Assembly (NCBI GenBank): GCA_013239625.1
Contig: MU053823.1
Location: 565,565 to 629,564, forward strand
Length of the DNA: 64,000 nt
Direction of reading: 5' to 3'
Source of the DNA: Lama guanicoe
Taxonomy: Eukaryota
Shown here: piece by piece, positions 1-10,680 of the stretch
Layout: the number at the start of each line of letters is the position of its first letter
Numbering within the stretch: the stretch's first letter is position 1
Made by a program: the position numbers and the translations under genes
Notes under the pieces: generated by a model
What the model saw: only the letters and a program-made list of their open reading frames with translations
Told to the model about the DNA's origin: nothing
Databases searched by the model: none

Positions 1-229
1 GGTCTTTCACTCCGGAGGCTCTCACCCCGGATACAATGGGACACCGGTGGGGGGATGGGGTGAATTCATCCCAGGCTTTCCTGCAAAGATCCCCGTCAGC
101 AAAGAACAAAACTTCCCGTACCTGCAGTTTACAGAGCTGCAGGCAAACCAAAGTATTTGGTGGCCTTGACTGTTCTCATTTTCCAGACTGTTGAGAGCCA
201 GGAAGTCGTTTCTGTCCTTTTAAGTCTAT

Positions 230-365
230 TTTCCCCGTTTTATTGAGATGTAATGGACATACAACATTGTATTAGTTTAAGGTGTGCAGCGTAATGACCT
301 GATGTACGCATACGTTGCAAAATGATCACCACCGCAAATCTAGTTTCACATCCATCACCTCGCAT
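230..365 (-). mobile_element. Old L1 3' end fragment
   Basis: tttattgagatgtaat..acatacaacattgtattagtttaaggtgt is a typical reversed L1M 3' UTR; a similar fragment is at ~51895. Confidence 0.7.
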
Positions 366-1994
366 TCCCTTTTTTAAAGAAATCATGTTCTATTTCTAAT
401 GAAACAGAGCTGATCTGCCTGAAGCACAGTGTACTCCACCCACCCTCTCCTGGACACCCCTATTCCAAACTCTTTCCCCCTCCAGAATGGTGGTGTGAGA
501 AGACAAAGCAAAGGTTACATCGAATTTCATCCCCTTGTTTGGACCCAGCAATCCTCCTCTGCCTGCAAGTTGGTTCTGTGAGCAAAATTCAGCTTGTGTG
601 GGAGCAAAGCCAGCAGGTGGAGACCTGAGCAGCCAGAGTGCATGCAGTGATTAGTCAAGAACTGTATCTCAGAAAAATATATAATTGGAATTTGCTAAGG
701 GTTTATTTTTTAGGGATGGGGGGTTGGAAAAGAAGAAGAAACCTTAGGATTCTTGAATGTTGAATTTGGGGATGAGGTGGAAAATTGAATGCCATGGACT
801 GTTGTTACAGTTTGTCCATAAATACGTTAGTGCTGGAACCCAGTTCTAAAAACTGTTCCTTTGGTGACAAACCAGAGCAGGGGAGAAAAAGACAGAGTGA
901 GGATGGAGTGGGGCTGAAGGACTGACAGGATTGCCAGGTCAGAGAAGGAAAAGCTAATTTGAAAAAGAGCCAGAGGGGAAAAAAGACAAGAGGGAACAAG
1001 ATAACCGCTTGGGAAAGAGGGCTAGACAGGAAGGCAAACACTGTTCCTGAAATGAACCCACCACAAACGTTTTGGCAAATCCGTTACAGGAATATCAACT
1101 GCTTAGGGAATACTCTCCTTTTTCTCCCTCTTTTCAGTTGGCTTGGTTTACAGGTCAATACATTTTACGATTTTATCTCTAGTAATCTACTAATGTCCCT
1201 GGTAAAATAAGAAGGTGGTGGTTTCATTCTGGATTAGAATAAAAGTCACCAAAAAAAAAGGTAATTTCAAATTTAGAGGTCATGGGCACAGAATCCTGAA
1301 AGAATTTTTATTAACAGCCACTCTTTGTAGATCCCTGCCATGTCAAATGTTACTAGTTATTTGGCACTTTATTTTCATTGATTCTTACAACACAGAGAAG
1401 GTACTTTCATCCCTATTCACAGATGAGGACACTGGGTCTTATTTAAGTGGCTGAGCCAAGATAAAAACCAATTAAAAATCCTCCAAAGTGATGGGGTGTG
1501 TATAATGATTAACGGGGCACCCAGTGTCCTGCGTCCGCAGGTCCTTTCCTCTGGCTTCTGCTAAAAGCAAGGCAACGGTCCTGCTGAAAAGACTTGCTGG
1601 TCTTTCTGAAAGTTAAAAAACCAGAAAGAAGTAAAGTGGGAGTTGAAAACATGTAGTATCTTGAACATCAACTAATGCCTTAACATTCAATGTGTTTTAC
1701 TGTGACCTGTGGGTGAATCCAAGAGGAAAATGGAGCTAGTTGAAGTTTGCCATAACTAGCTTGATTTTGAGACCCTGAGGTCCAGAAATTAATTGTTTTG
1801 AGGTCCAGTCTAGAAATTAATTGTCCCCGTGGGAGTTTCCATCACTTTACGTAGCCTCAGGAATTGGAGGTACATCTTTGATTTTAAAAGGTGGAAACAC
1901 ATGAATCTAGAAGCATTTAGCTGCTGGGTTTATTCTGTTTCCAGGTTCTGTGGCCCCAGTTTGCCAGTTCCCCACCCAGTCTGGGTTCTCAGCA

Positions 1995-2125
1995 GCCACC
2001 TTCTGCATCACAATGGCCTTGGGGAGACTGGCAGACGGGATTAACTGGGAATTCGCAAGGGTGTGTGTGGGCGTGGGGCTGCCAAGAGGGCGGGTCTAAG
2101 TATGGCTGAGCCTCCCTTATAAACC
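1995..2125 (+). promoter_or_regulatory. NANOG: NANOG proximal promoter: Oct-Sox element position (2001-2015), AGAC SMAD-type elements (2025, 2033), KLF/Sp GC boxes (2069-2076, 2088-2094), TATA box (2118-2123)
   Basis: TTCTGCATCACAATGGCCTTGGGGAGACTGGCAGACGGGATTAACTGGGAATTC is collinear with the human NANOG promoter as I recall it; TATAAA lies ~200 nt before the ATG. Confidence 0.9.
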
Positions 2126-2320
2126 TAGAGCCTCCGAAGTTTCCTCATTTTGCTAGATTGGGCCAGTGGGCTCCTTTCACGGCAAAGGTGACGCCCCACC
2201 CCTATCCCATCTGTGTGATTCTTTTCCACCTGGAGCTCTTTATCTTTCCCTAAGCTCTTCTACCTGGATACCTGAACCTGGACCTTTCCTACCATCTAGC
2301 CCCTTCTTCATCTCAACAAC

Positions 2321-2471
2321 ATGAGCGCCGACGCCGATTGTCCCCAAAGCCTGCTTCGCCCCGAAGCACCCAATTCTAGGGAGACTTCACCAATGCCTGA
2401 GCCTTATGGGCCTGAAGAAGATTACACATCCTTGCAGATGTCATCTGCTGAGACACCCGACACGGAGACTG
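2321..2471 (+). CDS. NANOG: NANOG coding exon 1 (151 nt), [50 protein letters not shown]
   Basis: ATG in aacATG context at 2321; translation matches the NANOG N-terminus ([22 protein letters not shown]); donor G|GTAAG at 2472. Confidence 0.97.
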
Positions 2472-3609
2472 GTAAGAAAGTCCTGAATCCTTGAGAGACT
2501 AAGTTCCTTCAGGGGAAGAGAAGGACGGGAAGGGGGTAAGAGCCATCTGTTTCCCTCTTGAGCAGGTACACCCCACCCATAGAAGCAGGTGTCTTTGTCT
2601 ATTAATCCTCTAGACACTTATTTTTCAACTGAAACTTGTTGGGGTCATGCCCTTTCCCCTGTGTCCCAGGCGTCAGGCGCTGTGCACTGAGACAAGGGAC
2701 AGGGGACTTGGTAGCTCAACTGTATACTGTACATCTGAGCTTGTGTGCATAGGTGCTGTGGAAGCATAAACGTGCTGTGATGACTATGCTGATGTATCAA
2801 TCTTAATTAAGGTCGTGCCGGACACGCAGCAGCAGTAAATGTTACCACTGAGCCCGAAGTCACAACATCACCGCTGGCAGGGAGGGGAGGTGAGCACCAC
2901 CTTTTTGGCTTGTCTATTCAAGGAGTGCCAGAAGTGGCACCGCTAAGGACGTGAAGCGCACCTCGGAGAAGTGCCTTCCCTTCCCGCTGCAGTGGCAGTC
3001 GGCTCTTCTGCTAACCTTTGGGTGCCAGGGTGTTACTGGGCAGCTGAGTTTGTGAGCACCTGCCATGCTTAAGTTTCCTAAATCCCAAGGAAGTGTTCAC
3101 CCCATTTTACAGATCTCTGCAGAAGGTTTAATATGCTAACAGTCAAACAAACTGGCGAGAGCTCAGATTTGAACTCTAGTTTGGCTTCAGAATCTGTACT
3201 CCAGTACTTGGGCTTCTAACTGATAATGAGGGTATGAAGGCTGCTCAGATAATGTAAAGCCAGCACCAGTTTTTTCAGAAATCAATTTGGCAGTAGTTGT
3301 TAAAAGTAAGAAAGGTAAACCAACCTTTACCCAGGAATGCCATTTTTAACATTTATGGTAAAATATAGCCTAAAAACTACTTATACTTAGGATTACAACT
3401 GTAAAACTTAAGTTATGGATAAGGAATAAGTCAACAGAATAACTGCTATATTTGACTGTTCAATGGATGTTCCCCTATTTTCCTAAACTTTGTGTTAATG
3501 TCCTTTTATAATTTCAAAGGTTGAAAACACAAATTTGGATTTTGAGAGAAGTAGCTTGGGAGCTCGGCATGTCCTTCATAGCAAACCAACAGCGAGTTTG
3601 TATAAATTC

Positions 3610-3790
3610 TTTTTTTAATTTAAGTATAGTTAGTTTATAGTGTTCTGTCAATTTCTGGTGTACAGCATAGTGTTTCAGCCATACATATACGTACATGTAT
3701 TCTTGTTCGTTATAAGTGACCATAAGATATTGAATATAGTTCCCCGTGCTATACAGAAGAAATTTGTTTTTTATCTATTTTATATAGTTA
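3610..3790 (-). mobile_element. L1 3' end fragment in NANOG intron 1
   Basis: ttaagtatagttagttt...ctggtgtacagcatagt...aagatattgaatatagttccccgtgctatacag; near-identical type at 47760-47925. Confidence 0.75.
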
Positions 3791-4061
3791 GTATCATAAT
3801 TTCTAGAACACACTTCACTTAGCAATTAGTCGAGGACTTTTCTTATTAGATCTACTTGCAAGAAGAAGCACGAAGTATGGATTTTTGCCTTTTAAAGCCT
3901 ATTTGTTCCATGACTAGGGTGGAATTGGAGCTGAGCACTGGGAATACCTCTGCAAATAAACAGGAAATAAAATTTCAGTTACAAAGCCAATATACACCAG
4001 GCCCTATACTAGACAATTTTTACCTGTTAACTCGTTTCATTGTTTTTAATATATGTTTTTT

Positions 4062-4190
4062 GGTGGGGGGTGGGGAGGTAATTAGGTATATGTATTTATT
4101 TATTTATTTTTAGAGGAGGCACTGGGGATTGAACCCAGGACCTCATGCTTGCTAAGCATGTGCTTTAGCACTTGAGCTATATCCTCCCCC
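4062..4190 (-). mobile_element. tRNA-derived SINE, Vic-1-like (camelid)
   Basis: Reverse strand GGGGGAGGATATAGCTCAAGTG..GGTTCAATCCCCAG (Pol III A/B boxes) with CCTAATTACCTCCCC tail. Confidence 0.85.
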
Positions 4191-4972
4191 TGTTTTTGTT
4201 GCTGTTTTTAAATTTTCAATTTCTGTTACTTCATTTTAATCAGTGAAGAAACTCTATGAGACATATTGTACAACCTGAGGAGTGTATCAAGTATTTTATA
4301 ACAACTATAAATGGAGTATAACCTTCAAAACTTGTGACTCTCACCATACTGTACACCTGTAATTTCCATTATATTATACATCAACTATACTTCAATTAAA
4401 AAAACACAAAACCTATGATTAGTTGGCCCAATTGCCACAGCAAGCAAAACAAAAAAACTCCATCCAGGAGGAAGGGCTAATTTTGGACATGAGATCACAG
4501 AGCTCATGAAAACAAAGTCTGGATTGAAATAGCTTATCAGAATTCACATTTCCTGCTAGTCCTGGCATTAGAACTGGGCAGTCAACTGTTGGTTTTACAG
4601 GTCTCCAGAATCTGGATCATCCGTTTTAAAAATTAAGTAGGTGTTGATTTAGGTACAAAAGGAAGTTACGAAGGGACACAGTGGGTGGGAATTAAGAACA
4701 GCCGTGGTGTGGGCTCCTGACCTTCAGCTGGCTCAAAGCAGTGTCTGGCATAGAGGTCTGAATCCCGCCAGCTTCCCAGCAATACTTGTTATTAGTCTTG
4801 TCCATTATATGTAAAATGACATTGCACAAGGTTAGCCAAGTGTTCAGGACACTTAAGAATAAGTTTATTACTTACTACCTAGCTCTGAGGTTGTAAGGAC
4901 GTTCATTGTGTTTTGAAAGCAACTTTTTAATATTTGAAGTTTTAGAGAAAAGTGTTGTTTTATTCCCAACAG

Positions 4973-5238
4973 TCTCTCCTCTTCCTTCCTCCATGGATCT
5001 GCTTATTCAGGACAGCCCTGATTCTTCCACCAGCCCCAGAGTAAAACCACTGCCCACTTCTGCAGAAAGCAGCACAGAGAAGCAGGAAGAGAAGGTCCAG
5101 GCCAAGAAACAGAAGGTCAGAACCGTGTTCTCCCAGACCCAGCTGTGTGTGCTCAATGACAGATTCCAGAGGCAGAAATACCTCAGCCTCCAGCAGATGC
5201 AAGAACTTTCCAACATCCTGAACCTTAGCTACAAACAG
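4973..5238 (+). CDS. NANOG: NANOG coding exon 2 (266 nt): serine-rich region and most of the homeodomain
   Basis: Acceptor caacAG (4971-4972), donor CAG|GTAGG; encodes [22 protein letters not shown]...[44 protein letters not shown]; phase fits exon 1. Confidence 0.98.
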
Positions 5239-5289
5239 GTAGGGTTGCCTTGTTGTCAAAGCAATAAGCAATAAAAATAAGGCTAGTTT

Positions 5290-5415
5290 CTCAAGTGGTA
5301 GAGTGCCTGCTTAACATGCACGAGGTCCTTGGTTCAATCCCCAGTACCTCCACCAAAAAACTAACTAAATAAATAAACCTAATTACCTCCCCTCTGCAAT
5401 AAATAAAAACATAAA
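5290..5415 (+). mobile_element. tRNA-derived SINE, Vic-1-like, 5'-truncated, ~50 nt inside NANOG intron 2
   Basis: CTCAAGTGGTAGAG..GGTTCAATCCCCAGTACCTCC..AAATAAACCTAATTACCTCCCC; flanking near-repeat aaataag(g/a)cta(g/a)tttc as TSD. Confidence 0.85.
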
Positions 5416-6357
5416 TAAGACTAATTTCTAGATCCTGTTTATGTACCCCAACAAATAAGTTAACTTTTTAATAGAAAAATGGAATCTTTTTGTAATATGT
5501 TTTGTGACCATCTTTCTTTCACTACATATTCTATTGTATGCATGTGTCCTAATTTATTTAAATACTTTTCCCTTGTTGCATAAACCAAAGCTGTAAAAAA
5601 TGTTTCCAATTTTTCCTTAATCAAAGGAAGTATATATTCCTATCTTCCAGGGTAGGGGAGTCCCTAGCCAACACTGGTTCTCATTCAAATAGAAATTGCA
5701 TGTTTTGTTTTCATCTATGTACATTCGATTACTAATGAGTTGAATCACTTTTCATATATTAATTGGCCATTTTAATCAGTCAGATGCCATGGTTTTCTAT
5801 CACTGGTCCCATATGTAGAGAGTCCTTCCTTCTCTATTCCATGATCTTATTTTATATACATGCCTTCTACTTCTGTGATCTCATTTTCCAACTCTGTTTA
5901 TAAATCATCTGGAAATTGTAGTTTTTTCTGTGCTGCAGTATAATTTGATATTTTCTAAATAGTTGTCCTTGTGGTATGTTTATAATTCTTGAGTTAAAAT
6001 ATCATTATCACATTAAACATAAATGTGCTTATGGGGGGTGCTTTTTATTACAAACAAATTGCCTTTAACTGGGACTCACAGCATAGGTGAATCCTATGAA
6101 AAGGAAGATGAACAGACATTTAAATGTGAACGTGCAGTTCATCTCTCACTGATAAGGTTTATTAAACAAAAAGCAGCCAAAGGATTTGAGGGGCTTGAAA
6201 TTCACTCATAGATTCAAGATTTAAGAAAGGACTGCAGAAGCGAAAATTCTGTCCCTGAGCCTGAGATAGTTGTAGCTGTCACGAAGAAAAATTCCTTGAT
6301 CCCTAGTACATCCTGCATTACTAGTATTTTATGCTTCCTGTTACCTTTTCCTTGCAG

Positions 6358-6444
6358 GTTAAGACCTGGTTCCAGAACCAGAGAATGAAATGTAAGCGGT
6401 GGCAGAAGAACAACTGGCCAAGGAACAGCAGCAGCATGACTCAG
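6358..6444 (+). CDS. NANOG: NANOG coding exon 3 (87 nt): homeodomain helix 3
   Basis: Acceptor ttgcAG, donor CAG|GTACC; encodes [29 protein letters not shown]. Confidence 0.98.
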
Positions 6445-6575
6445 GTACCAGGAAACATTTTCCTGCTCTTCCTTACAAGGGCTTGCCCATCGCTCAAGCA
6501 TGCAATCCCAACCACAGACAATTCTCGTTTTTTTCCTTGTACCTTTTCAGTTAATCCATCCTTCTCTTTCAAAAG

Positions 6576-7007
6576 GGCTCAGCAACCACAGAATACCCGG
6601 GCCTCTATTCCTACCACCAAGGATGCCTGGCGAATACTTCTGGAAACCTTCCCATGTGGGGCAACCAGACCTGGAATAGCCCAACTTGGAACAGCCAGAC
6701 CTGGAACAGCCAGTCTTGGGGCAGTCACTCCTGGAACAGTCAGCCCTGGTGCCCCCAAGCCTGGAATAACCAGACTTGGAACAATCAGGCCTGGAACAGT
6801 CAGTTCAACAACTGTGTCGAGGAATTCCTGCAGCCCCACAGCCAGCTCCAGCAAAACTCTCCTTTCAGTGATTTGGAGGCCGCCTTGGAAAGTGCTGGGG
6901 AAAGCCATAATGTAATACAGCAAGCTGCTAAGTATGTCAGTCCCCAGCAGCAGATCATGGATTTATTCCCCAGTTACTCCATAAACATGCAGCCTGAAGA
7001 TGTGTGA
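6576..7007 (+). CDS. NANOG: NANOG coding exon 4 (432 nt incl. stop): tryptophan repeat and C-terminal domain
   Basis: Acceptor ctttcaaaAG|GGC keeps frame into [17 protein letters not shown]...MWGNQTW...MQPEDV*; spliced CDS 936 nt = 311 aa. Confidence 0.94.
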   Translation, partial: GSATTEYPGLYSYHQGCLANTSGNLPMWGNQTWNSPTWNSQTWNSQSWGSHSWNSQPWCPQAWNNQTWNNQAWNSQFNNCVEEFLQPHSQLQQNSPFSDLEAALESAGESHNVIQQAAKYVSPQQQIMDLFPSYSINMQPEDV

Positions 7008-7536
7008 CAATGGCTATGTCATTCAGTCTCAAGTGACTGTATTCCTTTTCTAGGCTTTTTCTTTTAGAGTTCTGTATCTCTGCCTTGATAGCCTGTGTTT
7101 CATGATGACTTTGTGTCAATTTGGGAGGGTGAGAGGGTAGGACTGGAGTCTAATCAAAGAGTTTCCAGTGGCAGTGGCTTCTGCAGACATGATAAAAGTT
7201 CTTGTTATAGACAACTAGATAGAATAACTAATTTTTGGATATCTTTAGGATGTAGAATCTGACTTCAAGAATAGGGAGCAGAAATACAAAGATGTGTGGG
7301 GAAGGACTGTTCTTATTTTCTGAGTTGAGGAGGCTTTACTTATGAAGACCCAGTTGAGTTAAGGTGAAGGTTATGTGACAGTGCACCTCACTGACTTCCT
7401 CTGCCCCTTTTGCTGTTTTATTTCAACCCCTAATTTGTTCATCATGCTAGCATTTTGCAGAAAGATGTTTTGTATTTTGCACATCATGATAATGGTACCC
7501 AGTTTGGCTGGTTGGTTTTTTATAAGTGTATGTACA

Positions 7537-7546
7537 AATAAATAAA
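7537..7546 (+). terminator. NANOG: NANOG polyadenylation signal (two overlapping AATAAA)
   Basis: AATAAATAAA preceded by TGTA motifs, ~530 nt after the stop, with T-rich sequence downstream. Confidence 0.75.
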
Positions 7547-8092
7547 ACATCCATTTTACCTTTAGTTGTCTCTACCCTGATTTCACCCAGTGGTTCAATG
7601 AGTAAAAATTTGACTAAACATGGGAATATTTTTTGATATGGGGGGAAAAATTGAACTGAAATCTTTTAAGCCATTGAGGAGACTGCTGTCTTAAGAAAGT
7701 GAGTCAAGGAAAGGTAACCAGTACACAGTGCTAGGTGACTGATTAGTTAATTAAACCTGGACAAACGTACTTCCTCCTTGTATTGTGATACTGAAACGAG
7801 AAGATGTGTGGTTACTTGCAGTTAAAGAAGACTGCCATGTCTGGAAGATCTGGAGCAAAGAAGCGACAAATGAGAGCTCTTAGGTTTGTAAAAGGCTGAA
7901 TGAAGGGCAGCTGGGAGGGGAGGCAAATACTGGAAAGCAGAGGAAGCTAAGGGAGGAGGGGGGGGTTGGCTGACTAATTGGAATTCTCCCCTGTAATTCA
8001 CCTAAGAAATGTTCTGTGACTGCTCTTCCGCCAGAACAAAGCACTATGTTGAAATAAGCCTATTTTTAAAAGCCAGCTTTTCTTTTTCTGCT

Positions 8093-8208
8093 GGGGGGGG
8101 TAGTTAACTAGGTTTGTTTTTTTTTTTTAAGAGGAGGTGCTGGGGATTGAACTCAGGACCTCCTGCATGCTAGGCATACACTTTACCACTTGAACTATAC
8201 CTTCCCCC
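8093..8208 (-). mobile_element. tRNA-derived SINE, Vic-1-like
   Basis: Same A/B box body; ccagctttt repeated on both flanks. Confidence 0.8.
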
Positions 8209-10419
8209 TCTCCCAGCTTTTATTTTTTAGGACACTTTAAATGTGGAGACCAACTACAAAGCACAATTTAATGCACTGTTTTAATGTTTGAATCAATTCA
8301 TGTTTAACATTAAAAAAAAACTGGATCATAGGCCAATATAGAAGTAAATTCTAAGGCTAGTTTGAAATAGATTCTTTTTTTTCTGGTAAAGTTTTCTCAT
8401 CTTAGAAGGAGCTAGGCAGGCATCTGTGAACAATCCCGGTCTTTTTTTCACTGACCTTTTCCCATCCTGGCTTGCCCCAAGTTGATCTGATTGGGAGCCC
8501 ACTCATTCACCACTCTGCCCTGCTCCATGGAAACCTCCAGGCTCCTGAAGCAGCGGAGATGCTGAGAAAAGGGAACAGCCGGAGCACTTCCCTAGTCATT
8601 TCCTTCATGGTTCCCCTGGTTTTCCAATACTGCTATCCGACCCAGTTATCTAGACATTTGACAAAAAGAAGCCACGGATAATTAATTTCTGCCAAGACCT
8701 ACGTGCAACAATATTCTGTTTTTCAACTGGCAGAGACATCTGAGTTTTGTGCCGAGTGAATGATGGGAACAGAAAGCACTGATGGAACAAATAAACTAAC
8801 GCATTGAAATCGCTCTGTAAGTCAGCACTTTTTAGTCTTGAATTCAAGCAGATTTGAGTGTGACTTTTGAAAACAGGCTCTCACTGTTACTCCCTGGCTT
8901 TTCACTTACATTTTTAGGAAAAATTAGAAGAGATTAAAGTAGAATTTTTTTTAAAGATATGTCACTTTAATACTTTTACAAAATTCTTGGCCCTAAACAA
9001 TTGTAGATGATGAATTGACAACAAATTTGAGGAAATAACTAAATGGTGAACTAAATGGCCTAGAAACTTGGGAAAATAGCTATTACAAAGTGATGTGAGT
9101 CCAGGAAACTCCAAATTTCGCTCTCCAGTACAGAGCTGTGCCATGTAACAATTTTTGACAACCTTGTCTTTGCTTTGGATTAAGTTCAGCTATAAGACCT
9201 TGGGAATAGGCAAGGAACAGCTAGTTAAGGAGGATTTATTAGAATGCCAGAAATAAGAGGAGTACCTGTTATGTGTAAAGCATCATGCAAGACACTGGAG
9301 AACCCAGGAAGCAAGCAAGAGAAGGGAGAAGAAGGAAAAAAGTTGAAAGCAGAAGAGAGATGGAGTTCTGATCATTTTATTTGCTTTTGGAAATTAGCCA
9401 CTTAAGGAAATGCCATTCATCTATTGTTTATTATACCCAATAGGCAGATATTAAAGGTAAAAAAAAAAACCTAAGGCAGAGGACAGCAAAATCCACAACC
9501 ATCAAGGAACCAAAGTCTTTAAAAATTTAATCTTTAAGGTTAGGATCTTTTGACTGCAAAACTATAAGAATCTTACTATTAAAAACAAATTTAAGCAATA
9601 GAGAAATATATAATGAAGTGAGTCTAGTAATTGTATCTATTCAGTGATAAACTATTAACAATTTAGTATATATTCCTACAGGTGTTTTGGTATATGTAAT
9701 ATGGATGGTTTTTTTATATGTGAATTTTAATGGATTGTTAATACCTTGTAACAGGATTATACCATACATTCTCTTCTGAAAGCTAGTTTTTTTCACTTAG
9801 CATTATATTTTTCAGAATTTAGAGATATATCCATCTGAGATATACCTAAATTGACATACACGTTAAAAATTGCCACGTACACCCAAGAACAGTTAAGATT
9901 CCCTATTTTCCTTTAAATATATTAGCCAAGCTTGAAATGGTTTCTTCCTCAAATATTTTCTATCAAAAAATTTCTGTTAAGAAGAAAAAAATGCAATTCA
10001 GGTAGTTGAACAAGGGAAAGGATTGTTTTTTGGTTCTTCCTAAGATCTCAGTGTGACTTTTGCTATTCCATTTAAAAAAAAGAGAGAGAAAAGATCATTA
10101 CATAAAGTCAACCTTTTAAAATCACTGCTACCTTCCATGTCTTTCCAGACATTTTCATGCATACATATGACATATATAGAATTATAACTCGTTTTTCCTA
10201 TCCAAAGATGGGATTATATCATGCAATTTATTCTGCAACTCACTTTTTCTACTTAAGATATATTTCCACATCAGAGAATTTAATTACTGTATAGTGGTAA
10301 TTGCTGTATAATATTACATAGTACAAATGTATTTATTTGTTTTGGTTAATTTGCCACTATAAATTATGTTGCCATTAACAATAGCAATTTAAAGCCATCA
10401 CCAAGAACATAAACTAGTA

Positions 10420-10680
10420 CTGGGGGGTGGGATAAATTAGGAGTTTGGGATTAATAGATACACATTACTACTTATAAAATAGATAAACAGTAAAGACCTA
10501 CTGTGTACTGGGTAGTATAAGGAACTATATTCAATTTCTTATAATGAGCTGTAATGGAGAAGAATCATAAAATATATATATGTATATGTATAACTGAATC
10601 TCTTGGCTGTACATCTGAAACTAACATCGTAAATCAACTACAAGTCAATAAAAAATTAGAACTGAAAAAAAAAAAATAAA
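10420..10680 (+). mobile_element. L1 3' end with poly(A)
   Basis: gggataaattaggagtttgggattaatagatacaca...aactatattcaa...gtaaatcaacta..caataaaaa followed by an A tract. Confidence 0.8.

Noticed and set aside
610..622. CTCF-like CCAGCAGGTGGAG, and weaker matches near 11785, 11950, 17203, 19975 and 54550
   Set aside because: Each has mismatches or a missing G in the core and no upstream module; cannot be supported from sequence alone
6331..6923. 194-aa + ORF and 114-aa - ORF with repeated PGT/VPG units
   Set aside because: Shadow frames of NANOG exons 3-4; the periodicity comes from the 15-nt W-repeat DNA
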